From Mycolicibacterium smegmatis (lineage in GTDB: Bacteria > Actinomycetota > Actinomycetes > Mycobacteriales > Mycobacteriaceae): 32,000 nucleotides of DNA. Positions 16,728 through 26,102 of this stretch are shown here, piece by piece. The stretch lies in NCBI RefSeq assembly GCF_001457595.1, contig NZ_LN831039.1:2670001-2702000 (forward strand), read 5' to 3'. The notes under the pieces are model-generated. The model made no database searches, was not told where the DNA came from, and saw only the letters and a list, made by a program, of their open reading frames with translations. How positions within the stretch are numbered: the stretch's first letter is position 1; each line of letters starts with the position of its first letter. The position numbers and the translations under genes are program-made.

Positions 16728-17264
16728 ATGACACAAAGCAGCACAAAGGTTTTCGGTTGGCAGCGCACCGGAACCCGGCCGTTGCTCATCACCTTGATCG
16801 ACGGTCCCAACATGCCCAATCTGGGCAACCGCAACAAACGTGTCTACGGACCGATCTCGTCCATCACCGCTCTGCAGGACCATGTCCGCCAGCTTGGGGA
16901 AGGGATGGGGGTGACCATCGAGGCGCTGGCGTCCAATCACGAGGGCGAGATCCTGGATGCGATCCATGCCTCCGCGGCCCGTAGCGACGCCTACATCCTC
17001 AACCCTGCCGGTTTGACCAAGACCGGTGAGCCCACGCGTCACGCGCTGGAGGAAACGGGCCGGCCATGGGTGGAGGTTCACTTCGCCAACATCTCCGCAC
17101 CACCGTGGTCGGAACGCGGATTGCCAGGTGGCCCTTGGGAATCGAACTTCACGCGATCGGCAACCGGCATGTCGATGGGATTGCGTCATCACAGCTACCT
17201 CGGCGCGCTTGTGGCCCTCGTCGCCGCAATTGACGACCCCCAGTTCCTGGGTGCCGCCGAGTGA
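16728..17264 (+). CDS. Type II 3-dehydroquinate dehydratase-like protein (divergent paralogue)
   Basis: LIDGPNMPNLGNRNKRVYG ... SNHEGEILDAIH ... ILNPAGLTKTG ... VEVHFANI matches the DHQase II scaffold. AGGAGAG lies 4 nt upstream of the ATG at 16728. Confidence 0.8.
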   Translation: MTQSSTKVFGWQRTGTRPLLITLIDGPNMPNLGNRNKRVYGPISSITALQDHVRQLGEGMGVTIEALASNHEGEILDAIHASAARSDAYILNPAGLTKTGEPTRHALEETGRPWVEVHFANISAPPWSERGLPGGPWESNFTRSATGMSMGLRHHSYLGALVALVAAIDDPQFLGAAE

Positions 17265-17656
17265 CAGGGTTCGACACGGCTTGGGAACCACAGTGGCTGG
17301 CCGTGGTCTCAGACGATGCGGAGTTCCGGCTCATCAGTCGGTGGACGGACGTGGTGTTGCGGTTGACCGACGGTCGCGTGGACCGCAGCTATCGGATCTG
17401 CGGCTCCACGATCGCCGTCGCGGATGCCGGCGAGTCCGCACCGGCGGTCACCCTCACCGGGTCACCCGAGGCGTGGACCGCGTTCCTCACCGCGACCCCC
17501 GAACCGCAAGCGCACCACATTCTCGCGATGCAGCGCCGACGTGAGGACTTTTCGATCGATGGCAAAACCGCTCTGCTGCAGAATCTCAACGTCCTCAACC
17601 GGGTCATGGAGTTGATGCGCACGGTCGCCTCCGGCTACCGACGAGGTGCGGCATGA
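17261..17656 (+). CDS. Hypothetical 131-aa protein, SCP2-like (sterol/lipid carrier fold suspected)
   Basis: The GTG start overlaps the previous stop (GTGA at 17261-17264). The pattern W..(V/L)...F........VLRLTDG......ADVTLTGSPEAW.AFL......ILAMQRR..SIDG resembles SCP2-domain proteins. The fold assignment comes from pattern memory only. Confidence 0.55.
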   Translation: MTGFDTAWEPQWLAVVSDDAEFRLISRWTDVVLRLTDGRVDRSYRICGSTIAVADAGESAPAVTLTGSPEAWTAFLTATPEPQAHHILAMQRRREDFSIDGKTALLQNLNVLNRVMELMRTVASGYRRGAA

Positions 17657-18516
17657 CCGGTTACGAACCGATTGTCGGGCGCTATCTCACGGCGGACATC
17701 GATGGGGTGCCCAACCGGATCTACATCGAGGAATCCGGGGACGGAGTTCCCGTTGTGTGCCTCCACACGGCGGGTTCGGACTCCCGGCAGTACCGCCATA
17801 TGCAGACCGACGACGAGGTTTTGAGCCGGTTCCGCGTCCTGGCCTTCGACCTCCCGTGGCATGGCAAGTCCCTGCCGCCGGACCGATGGTGGCGCCGCGA
17901 GTACCTGCTCACGTCCGAGCTGTATATCGCTTCCGTGATGGCAGTCATCGACGCGCTGGATCTCGAACAGCCGATCGTTGTCGGTTGTTCGATGGCCGGA
18001 TCGTTGGTGTTGGAATTGGCGCTCACACATGGGGATCGCATCGGCGGGGTCATCGGTTTCTCGGGTGCGGCAAAGGTCGAGGGCCGCTTCGACGACTGGT
18101 CGTTGAAGCCGGACATCAACAGCAACCAGGCCGTCCCCTCCTGGACATACGGATTGATGGCACCGCAGAGTCCCGAACCGGCACGTCGCGAGGTCTGGTG
18201 GACGTATGCCCAGGGTGGACCGGGGGTGTACCGGGGAGACACCTACTACTACAGCAACGGGATGGACCTGCGGGGCCGGGAACGCGAAATCGACACGGCC
18301 AGGTGCCCGGTGTATCTGTTCACCGGCGAATACGACTATGCGTGCAGCCCTGAAGAAACCGAGGCGACCATAGCGGCGATACCAGGAGCGCGGGGCGGTG
18401 TGATGCGTGGGATCGGCCACTTTCCCGTCGCAGAGAACTACCCGTTGTGCAAGACCTATCTGTGGCCGGCGTTGCTCGACCTCGCCGATCGCAGGGCGGG
18501 AAACGGAATCGCGTGA
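17653..18516 (+). CDS. Alpha/beta-fold hydrolase
   Basis: The ATG overlaps the previous stop (ATGA at 17653-17656). It has VVCLHTAGSDSRQY, the nucleophile elbow G-C-S-M-A-G, and a C-terminal GIGHFP histidine. Confidence 0.8.
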   Translation: MTGYEPIVGRYLTADIDGVPNRIYIEESGDGVPVVCLHTAGSDSRQYRHMQTDDEVLSRFRVLAFDLPWHGKSLPPDRWWRREYLLTSELYIASVMAVIDALDLEQPIVVGCSMAGSLVLELALTHGDRIGGVIGFSGAAKVEGRFDDWSLKPDINSNQAVPSWTYGLMAPQSPEPARREVWWTYAQGGPGVYRGDTYYYSNGMDLRGREREIDTARCPVYLFTGEYDYACSPEETEATIAAIPGARGGVMRGIGHFPVAENYPLCKTYLWPALLDLADRRAGNGIA

Positions 18517-19319
18517 ACGAGCGCGAGATTCATGAGATGAGGAGCCGATCATTGGCTGACAACCTGGGCGGAGAATTCGTGGGGCGCAGGATTCTCGTGA
18601 CGGGGGGAGCCTCCGGCGTCGGGGAGGCCTGCGTCGGTTATTTTCTGGGTCTGGGCGCCACGGTCGCGTGCATCGACGTCAAGGTACCCGCCCGTGACGA
18701 TGCAAAGTTCGTGCACCTGAGCGCGGATCTGCGCGACCGAGATGCGGTGTCTTCTGCTGTGGCTGAGATCGCCGAGCGGTTCCACGGTTTGGACACACTG
18801 GTCAACAACGCCGGTGTGAGTTTTGTGGGCACGGTCGAGGATGGCACCGAGGACGACTGGAATCGCCTGTGGGACATCAACGTAATGGGGGCTGTCCGCT
18901 CGACCCGTGCCGCCCTGCCGTTGCTCCGCCGATCGGACTCGGCCGCGATCGTGAACGTGTCATCACTGACCGCGACTTCCGGTATACGGCAGCGAGCGGC
19001 CTACACCGCGACCAAAGGCGCCATCGAATCGATGACAAGGGCGATGGCGGCCGACCTTGTCTCCGAAGGCATCACGGTGAACGCGGTGAACCCAGGCACT
19101 GTGGACACCCCGTTCATGGCCGAGCTGGCGGCGCGCGCCGAGGATCCGGTGCAGCGTCGCGCAGATTTCGAATCGCGTCAACCCATCGGCCGCATGGTCA
19201 CACCTGTCGAGGTCGCCCATGCCGTCGCATATTTCGCGCACCCGCTGAGTCGTTCCACGACCGGCAGCACGCTCATGGTGGACGGAGGAATCTTCAACCT
19301 CCACATGACGCGCGCCTGA
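18513..19319 (+). CDS. Short-chain dehydrogenase/reductase (SDR)
   Basis: TGGASGVGEA (TGxxxGxG), NNAG and YTATK (YxxxK) are present. The start was set at a GTG overlapping the hydrolase stop (GTGA at 18513-18516). The alternative is the ATG at 18537. Confidence 0.8.
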   Translation: MNEREIHEMRSRSLADNLGGEFVGRRILVTGGASGVGEACVGYFLGLGATVACIDVKVPARDDAKFVHLSADLRDRDAVSSAVAEIAERFHGLDTLVNNAGVSFVGTVEDGTEDDWNRLWDINVMGAVRSTRAALPLLRRSDSAAIVNVSSLTATSGIRQRAAYTATKGAIESMTRAMAADLVSEGITVNAVNPGTVDTPFMAELAARAEDPVQRRADFESRQPIGRMVTPVEVAHAVAYFAHPLSRSTTGSTLMVDGGIFNLHMTRA

Positions 19320-19367
19320 CCACCTGGTCACCCAAATGTCAAAAACACATGAATCAGGAGCATCTTT

Positions 19368-20123
19368 GTGAGACTTGCAAACAGAGTCGCCATCATCACC
19401 GGGGCAGCACAGGGTATCGGTCGGATCTATGCCGAGAGATTCGCCGAGGAAGGTGCGGCTGTGGTGGTCGCAGACATCAATGAGCCCAAAGCGACCGAGG
19501 TCGCATCATCCATCACGTCGCTGGGCGGCCGCGCAATCGCCGCTGCCGTCGATGTCTCGGATGTCGAATCGGTCAATCGTATGGTCGATTCCGCCGTGGA
19601 GGCGTTCGGAACCGTCGACATCCTGGTCAACAACGCCGCGATCTTCTCCACGCTGAAGATGAAGCCTTTCGAGGAGATCTCGGGCGACGAGTGGGACAAG
19701 CTCTTTGCGGTGAACGCCAAGGGGACGTTCCTGTGCTGTCAGGCTGTTTCGCCGGTGATGCGGAAGAACCAGTACGGCCGCATCATCAACATCTCGTCGA
19801 GCGTCGTGGTGACGGGCCGGCCCAACTATGCCCACTACATCGCGTCCAAAGGCGCCGTCTGGGCGTTGACCCACGCTCTGGCAACGGAAATGGGCACCGA
19901 CGGCATCACGGTCAACACCGTGAGCCCGCACGGCATCATCACCGAAATCCCGCGGGAGACCATCTCGGAAGAGGGGTGGAGGCGAAATCTGGAAGAGCAG
20001 GCACTCAAGCGCAAGGGTGATGCCTCCGACCTGGTCGGAATCCTGCTCTACCTCGCCAGTGACGAAAGCAAGTTCATGACCGGCCAGACCGTCGCCCTGG
20101 ACGCCGGTTTGCGCTTCACCTGA
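19368..20123 (+). CDS. Short-chain dehydrogenase/reductase (FabG-like SDR)
   Basis: ITGAAQGIGRIYA, NNAAIF and YIASKGAV are present. The GTG start at 19368 has AGGAG 7 nt upstream. Confidence 0.88.
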   Translation: MRLANRVAIITGAAQGIGRIYAERFAEEGAAVVVADINEPKATEVASSITSLGGRAIAAAVDVSDVESVNRMVDSAVEAFGTVDILVNNAAIFSTLKMKPFEEISGDEWDKLFAVNAKGTFLCCQAVSPVMRKNQYGRIINISSSVVVTGRPNYAHYIASKGAVWALTHALATEMGTDGITVNTVSPHGIITEIPRETISEEGWRRNLEEQALKRKGDASDLVGILLYLASDESKFMTGQTVALDAGLRFT

Positions 20124-20176
20124 GCTGCGGCTCTGCAGTTCACCCCAAAACATCTGAAGGCTCGGAGCAAACAATC

Positions 20177-21568
20177 ATGGCGAATGCACCCGGCAACAAT
20201 CTGACCCCGAAGAGTGACGATTCGGCGCGCAGGTCCGCGCTGCGAAAGGTCAACCTTCGGTTGATGCCTTTCATCTTCCTGCTGTACCTGGTCAACTACG
20301 TCGACAGAACAGCGCTGGGTATCGCCGCGCCCAACGGTATGAGCGACGAGCTTCAGATGACGGCGACCCTGTTCGGTCTGGCGTCGGGGATCTTCTTCGT
20401 CGGTTACATCCTTCTCGAAGTCCCCAGCGCCATGGCCGCACAACGGACGGGTGCACGCGTGTGGATCGCCCGGATCGCGATCACCTGGGGAGCGGTGGCG
20501 TCACTGACCGCGTTCGTCCCCAACTATCAGTGGTTGATCGTCGCGAGATTCCTGCTCGGTGTGGCAGAGGCCGGCTTCGCGCCGACAGTGTTGCTCTATC
20601 TGACGATCTGGTTCTCCAATCGCGAACGGCCGAAGGCGTTTTCGGTCTACCTGCTCGGCATTCCGATCTCGTCAGTGGTCGCGGGACCTGTGGCGAGCTG
20701 GTTGATCAATGCCGGTGACGGCGTGTTCGGCCTGAGCGGCTGGCGTTTCATGACGTTGATGACGGGCGTGCCGGCGATCATCCTCGGTGTCGCCGCACTC
20801 TTCTGGCTGACCGACCGCCCATCGCAGGCCGCATGGCTGACCGACGCCGAGAAGGAGGCGCTGATCGCAGATCACGATGAGCACACTCCGGCCGAAGCCC
20901 GTGGCCACGCCGGGGGCATGCTGTTCTCTCTGCGGTCCGGGCGCGTGTGGATCATGGGTTTCGCGTACCTGGGGGTGGTGTACAGCCTGTACACCATCGG
21001 GTTCTTCCTGCCCAGTGTGGTTTCGGGCTTTGCCGAGCGGTTCGGCACCGACTTCACCGTGATCGAGAACGGGTTCATCATCGCCGTTCCGTACGTGTTC
21101 GCAGCAGCGGCGCTCATGCTGTGGCCGCGCCATGCCACCCGGTCGGGGGATATCGGGTGGCACGTGCTGATCAGCACCGTGGTGGGCGCACTCGGAATCG
21201 TCATCGCCGCGTTCGCCGGGGATCCGTGGATCGTCATGCTGGGCGTCACGCTCTGCGCCGTAGGGGTGATCTCGGCGATGCCCCTGGTCTACAGCCTGCC
21301 GGCCCGGATTCTGTCCAGCGTGGCCGTCGGCGCGGGTCTGGCACTGGTCAACACGATCGGCAACGTCGGCGGGTTCGCCGGGCCGTTCGTCACCGGTTGG
21401 CTCAGGGACCTGTTCGGCAACGACCAGGGAGCCTTCGCCGTCGTCGCGCTTCTCCTGCTGACGTCCGGAGTGATCTCGGTGGCCGTCCAATCGCGGACAC
21501 ACTCGATCAACGAGGCCCTGCAACGAAATGACCCGGCGTCGCGTCGGCACCGCGCGACGATCGAGTGA
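20177..21568 (+). CDS. MFS transporter, anion:cation symporter (ACS) family, TtuB-like
   Basis: The N-terminal region LRKVNLRLMPFIFLLYLVNYVDRTALGIAAP...LFGLASGIFFVGYILLEVPS...GARVWIARIAITWG resembles the ACS/tartrate-transporter-type signature. About 12 TM segments are predicted. Confidence 0.88.
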   Translation: MANAPGNNLTPKSDDSARRSALRKVNLRLMPFIFLLYLVNYVDRTALGIAAPNGMSDELQMTATLFGLASGIFFVGYILLEVPSAMAAQRTGARVWIARIAITWGAVASLTAFVPNYQWLIVARFLLGVAEAGFAPTVLLYLTIWFSNRERPKAFSVYLLGIPISSVVAGPVASWLINAGDGVFGLSGWRFMTLMTGVPAIILGVAALFWLTDRPSQAAWLTDAEKEALIADHDEHTPAEARGHAGGMLFSLRSGRVWIMGFAYLGVVYSLYTIGFFLPSVVSGFAERFGTDFTVIENGFIIAVPYVFAAAALMLWPRHATRSGDIGWHVLISTVVGALGIVIAAFAGDPWIVMLGVTLCAVGVISAMPLVYSLPARILSSVAVGAGLALVNTIGNVGGFAGPFVTGWLRDLFGNDQGAFAVVALLLLTSGVISVAVQSRTHSINEALQRNDPASRRHRATIE

Positions 21569-21580
21569 GACGGCCCTCGA

Positions 21581-22009
21581 TCAGTCCACCGCGTGCGCCA
21601 GCAGTCGCTTGAGTTCGCGGCGCTGTGCCTCCGTGAGGTTTGCGAGCGCCTCCTCCTCTGCCGCCAGCGCGGCCGCCTCGGCCCGCTTGAGCAGCTTGGC
21701 GCCCTCGGTGGTGAGTTCGGCGGGTAGCGCGCGCCCGGAGGATGCCGCCTCGGGACGCCGGACGGCGCCTTTTTCCTGAAGCGCTCGCACCACGTTGTTC
21801 ATGGCTTGCGGCGAGACGTTGATGTGACGCGCCAGTTCGGCGTTGGACTGCCCGGGCTGTGCGGAAAGGATTCGCAGACAGACGAATTCGGGAAGTGTCA
21901 AACCCAGCTGCTGCAACTGCGCGGCGACGGCGGGCTGGAGCACCGCGGTCACGCGGTACATCAGAAAGCCCAGCGGCTGAACCTCGAGGATGTCGCTCAT
22001 ATCAAGCAT
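21581..22009 (-). CDS. MarR-family transcriptional regulator
   Basis: LGLTLPEFVCLRILSAQPGQSNAELARHINVSPQAMNNVVRALQEKGAV is a MarR wHTH. The start is at the ATG at 22009 (MLDMSD) or 22000. The 396-aa track ORF extension is antisense to the methyltransferase gene and is rejected. Confidence 0.85.
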   Translation of the reverse strand: MLDMSDILEVQPLGFLMYRVTAVLQPAVAAQLQQLGLTLPEFVCLRILSAQPGQSNAELARHINVSPQAMNNVVRALQEKGAVRRPEAASSGRALPAELTTEGAKLLKRAEAAALAAEEEALANLTEAQRRELKRLLAHAVD

Positions 22010-22017
22010 ATTGACAC

Positions 22018-22726
<709 letters not shown>

Positions 22727-22861
22727 ACCCCTCCGGCCGGCGACACGCGGAATTCGCAAGGCCCCGGGCATTGCCTGACGCCTGCCATGAGGCAGGATGG
22801 AGCTGCCGTCCTGGGCAATCGCCTGGATGGCTCTCTAATGCGAGGAGTGCCGAGGAGACCG

Positions 22862-23608
22862 ATGGCGGATTCGAATGTCGCCGGCCGGGCAGCACCGATT
22901 CGTCCGCTCTATACCCGCGTCCTGCTCAAGCTGGGCGGCGAGATGTTCGGCGGCGGACAGGTGGGTCTGGATCCCGACGTCGTGGCTCAGGTGGCGCGGC
23001 AGATCGCCGAGGTGGTCCGCAGCGGAGCCCAGGTGGCAGTCGTCATCGGGGGAGGCAACTTCTTCCGCGGTGCCCAACTGCAGCAGCGCGGTATGGAGCG
23101 CACGCGTTCCGACTACATGGGCATGCTCGGCACCGTGATGAACAGCCTTGCCCTGCAAGACTTCCTGCAGAAGGAAGGTATCGACACCCGCGTGCAGACG
23201 GCGATCACCATGGGGCAGGTCGCCGAGCCCTACATCCCGCTGCGCGCGGTGCGGCACCTGGAGAAGGGTCGCGTCGTGATCTTCGGCGCGGGCATGGGCC
23301 TGCCGTACTTCTCGACCGACACCACAGCGGCCCAGCGGGCCCTGGAGATCGGCGCGGAAGTGGTGCTGATGGCCAAGGCGGTCGACGGTGTGTTCACCGA
23401 CGACCCCCGGACCAACCCGGACGCCGAGTTGATCACCGCGATCAGCCACCGCGAGGTCATCGACCGCGGGCTCAAGGTGGCCGACGCCACCGCCTTCAGC
23501 CTCTGCATGGACAACGGCATGCCGATCCTCGTGTTCAACCTGCTCACCAGTGGCAATATCGCTCGGGCGGTGGCGGGTGAGAAGATCGGAACTCTGGTCA
23601 CCACCTGA
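22862..23608 (+). CDS. pyrH: UMP kinase
   Basis: [22 protein letters not shown]...[14 protein letters not shown]...[15 protein letters not shown] is canonical PyrH. The ATG at 22862 follows GAGGAG. The alternative is the ATG at 22838. Confidence 0.95.
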
Positions 23609-23655
23609 GGAGTGGAGCCACATGAGCGAACGCGACAGCGACGGGAGACGGTGAA

Positions 23656-24213
23656 GTGATCGACGAGACTCTCTTCGATGCCGAGGAGAAGATGGAGAAG
23701 GCCGTGTCCGTGGCCCGAGACGAGCTCGGCTCGATCCGGACCGGCCGGGCCAATCCGGGCATGTTCAACCGCATCAACATCGACTATTACGGTTCGATGA
23801 CGCCGATCACCCAGCTGGCCAGCATCAACGTCCCCGAGGCGCGCCTCGTCGTGATCAAGCCGTACGAGGCGTCGCAGCTCAGGGCGATCGAGGACGCCAT
23901 CCGCAACTCCGACCTGGGCGTGAACCCCAGCAACGACGGCAACATCATCCGCGTCGCCATCCCGCAGCTCACCGAGGAGCGCCGCCGCGAACTGGTCAAG
24001 CAGGCCAAGTCCAAGGGCGAGGACGCCAAGGTCTCGGTGCGCAACATCCGCCGCAAGGCGATGGAAGAACTCAGCCGCATCAAGAAGGACGGCGAGGCCG
24101 GTGAGGACGAGGTGAGCCGCGCCGAGAAGGACCTCGACAAGTCGACGCACACCTACACCGCGCAGATCGACGAACTCGTCAAACACAAGGAAAGCGAGTT
24201 GCTGGAGGTCTGA
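23656..24213 (+). CDS. frr: Ribosome recycling factor
   Basis: [37 protein letters not shown]... is canonical RRF. GTG start. The gene lies downstream of pyrH. Confidence 0.97.
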
Positions 24214-25092
24214 GTGACCGATCAGCAAGCGAGTCTCGTGGCAAGCAAACCGGTCGGAGAACCGCAGAAGAAGCAGTCCCGCGCCGGTCGTAACCTCCCG
24301 GCGGCCATCGGTGTCGGCGTGGGCCTGGGCGGCGGCGTCATCGCGATCCTGTTGTTCGCACCCCTCGTGTGGGTCGGTGTGGTCGCCGCGGCGATGGCCG
24401 TCGCGACGCACGAGGTCGTGCGGCGGCTGCGCACCGGAGGTTTCTCCATCCCGGTCGTCCCGCTGCTGATCGGCGGACAGGCCATGGTGTGGCTGACCCT
24501 GCCGTTCGGACCGGCCGGTGCACTGGGTGGATTCGGCGCCACCGTGGTGTTGTGCCTGATCTGGCGGCTGCTGTCCGGCGGACTGACCGCGGCACCGGTG
24601 AACTATCTGCGCGACGTCTCGGTGACGGTGTTCCTGGCCGCCTGGATCCCGTTGTTCGGCGCGTTCGGTGCGCTGCTGATCTATCCCGACGACGGCGCGG
24701 GCCGTGTGTTCTGCCTGATGCTGGGCGTCGTGGCGTCCGACGTCGGCGGCTACACCGCAGGCGTGCTGTTCGGCAAGCACCCGATGGTGCCCGCGATCAG
24801 CCCCAAGAAATCCTGGGAGGGCCTGGCCGGATCGCTGGTGCTCGGCATCGTGGTCTCGGTGCTGGCCGTGACGTTCCTGCTGGACAAGCCGGCCTGGGTG
24901 GGCGTGCCGCTCGGCATCATGCTGGTGCTCACCGGAACGCTCGGTGACCTGGTGGAATCGCAGGTCAAACGCGACCTCGGCATCAAGGACATGGGCACGC
25001 TGCTGCCCGGCCACGGCGGTCTGATGGACCGCATCGACTCCGTGCTGCCCTCAGCCGTCGCGACCTGGATCGTTCTGACGCTGCTGGCGTGA
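24214..25092 (+). CDS. cdsA: Phosphatidate cytidylyltransferase (CDP-diglyceride synthase)
   Basis: This multi-TM protein has the C-terminal signature SxxKRDxGxKDxGxxxPGHGGxxDRxD (ESQVKRDLGIKDMGTLLPGHGGLMDRIDS). The GTG start immediately follows the frr stop. Confidence 0.92.
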   Translation: MTDQQASLVASKPVGEPQKKQSRAGRNLPAAIGVGVGLGGGVIAILLFAPLVWVGVVAAAMAVATHEVVRRLRTGGFSIPVVPLLIGGQAMVWLTLPFGPAGALGGFGATVVLCLIWRLLSGGLTAAPVNYLRDVSVTVFLAAWIPLFGAFGALLIYPDDGAGRVFCLMLGVVASDVGGYTAGVLFGKHPMVPAISPKKSWEGLAGSLVLGIVVSVLAVTFLLDKPAWVGVPLGIMLVLTGTLGDLVESQVKRDLGIKDMGTLLPGHGGLMDRIDSVLPSAVATWIVLTLLA

Positions 25093-25956
25093 CCCGGAGC
25101 TGTTGAGCCAGCAGGCCACGGCCCCGACCACGAGGCCGACGGCGATCCCGACGTCGGGTCTTTCACCGAGCATCAGCCACGACAGGACGCCCGCCACCGC
25201 GGGGATCACGCAGAACAGCATGGTGACCGCGGGCGCGCCGTGCCTGCTGATGGCCCGTACGTACATCGACACCCCGAGCGCCGCGTTGAGCAGCACCACC
25301 CCGGCCACTGCCGCCACCGCGTGCTTGGCGTTGTGCACCGCGAACGGTGTCAGCGCCGCGAACACCGCGGCGGGGAGCAGCGCCACCGCGTTCTGTACGG
25401 CCGTGGCGGCGCGGAAGTCCACGTCGCTGCAGAACCGCTGCTGATAGACGCCGCCTGCGGACAGGCCGAGCAGCGCCGCGAGCAACAGCAGCAGTACCGG
25501 GTCGACGCCGCTCTCGGCGGCCAGCCTGCTCGCGCAGGCCGCGAGCACCGCGGCGACGCCGAGCACGAGCGCCAGGATGCGCCGTAGGCCGAGGCGGTCA
25601 CGCAGGAACGCCGCACTGAGCACGGCCGTGGTGACGGGGTTCATCGCAATCACCACCGCGCACAGCACGGCAGGAGCGCCGCGCTCGATGGCCAGGTACA
25701 GGAAGCAGAACTGCACGCCCTGCATCAGCAGGCCCGCCACCGCGACGTGAGCGAGCTTGCCGCCGCGCGGCCACGCCACACCGGCGAACCGTGCCCACGC
25801 CCCGAGGATCGCGGCGGCGAGGCTGAACCGGAAGACCAGCAACGCCATCGGTGACATCGCCGCCACCGCGGCGTTGCCGATCGGGTAGCCCAACGCGTAC
25901 AGGAATGTCACCGCCGACGCGGTGCGGGCGGGCATCCGGTCAAGGGTGTCGGACAT
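25051..25956 (-). CDS. EamA/DMT-family transporter
   Basis: The 301-aa protein has about ten hydrophobic segments arranged as two EamA-like halves. It is divergent from a LysR gene. Its 3' end overlaps the cdsA 3' end by 42 nt. Confidence 0.78.
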   Translation of the reverse strand: MSDTLDRMPARTASAVTFLYALGYPIGNAAVAAMSPMALLVFRFSLAAAILGAWARFAGVAWPRGGKLAHVAVAGLLMQGVQFCFLYLAIERGAPAVLCAVVIAMNPVTTAVLSAAFLRDRLGLRRILALVLGVAAVLAACASRLAAESGVDPVLLLLLAALLGLSAGGVYQQRFCSDVDFRAATAVQNAVALLPAAVFAALTPFAVHNAKHAVAAVAGVVLLNAALGVSMYVRAISRHGAPAVTMLFCVIPAVAGVLSWLMLGERPDVGIAVGLVVGAVACWLNSSGSRQQRQNDPGRDG

Positions 25957-26102
25957 GGGGCCATCGTGTGGTGTGCGGGACGGCCAAGTCCAACGAATAA
26001 TCGGGCCGCGGTTCGATCACAATTGCTTATCGGATCGTCCGCGGCCACCGGTGCAACGCGACGAAATTGATCGTCAGTGCTGATCGGAGTACCGTACGGC
26101 CG

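Noticed and set aside
16415-16984. ORFs of 140 aa (minus strand) and 178 aa (plus strand) within and around the long GntR/DHQase-like intergenic region
   Set aside because: Neither has an SD sequence or family resemblance. Both overlap the well-supported DHQase-like gene out of frame or antisense, and both sit across the predicted promoters.
23230-25014. 594-aa ORF on the minus strand spanning pyrH, frr and cdsA
   Set aside because: It is antisense to three unmistakable conserved genes. The translation is Arg/His/Gly/Asp-rich low complexity with no recognisable domain. This is a typical stop-free shadow frame of a high-GC genome.
25957-26102. LysR-type T-N11-A box in the EamA/LysR intergenic region
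   Set aside because: Only weak partial dyads, such as GATC...CAATTG...GATC, were found. Nothing is symmetric enough to report as a site.
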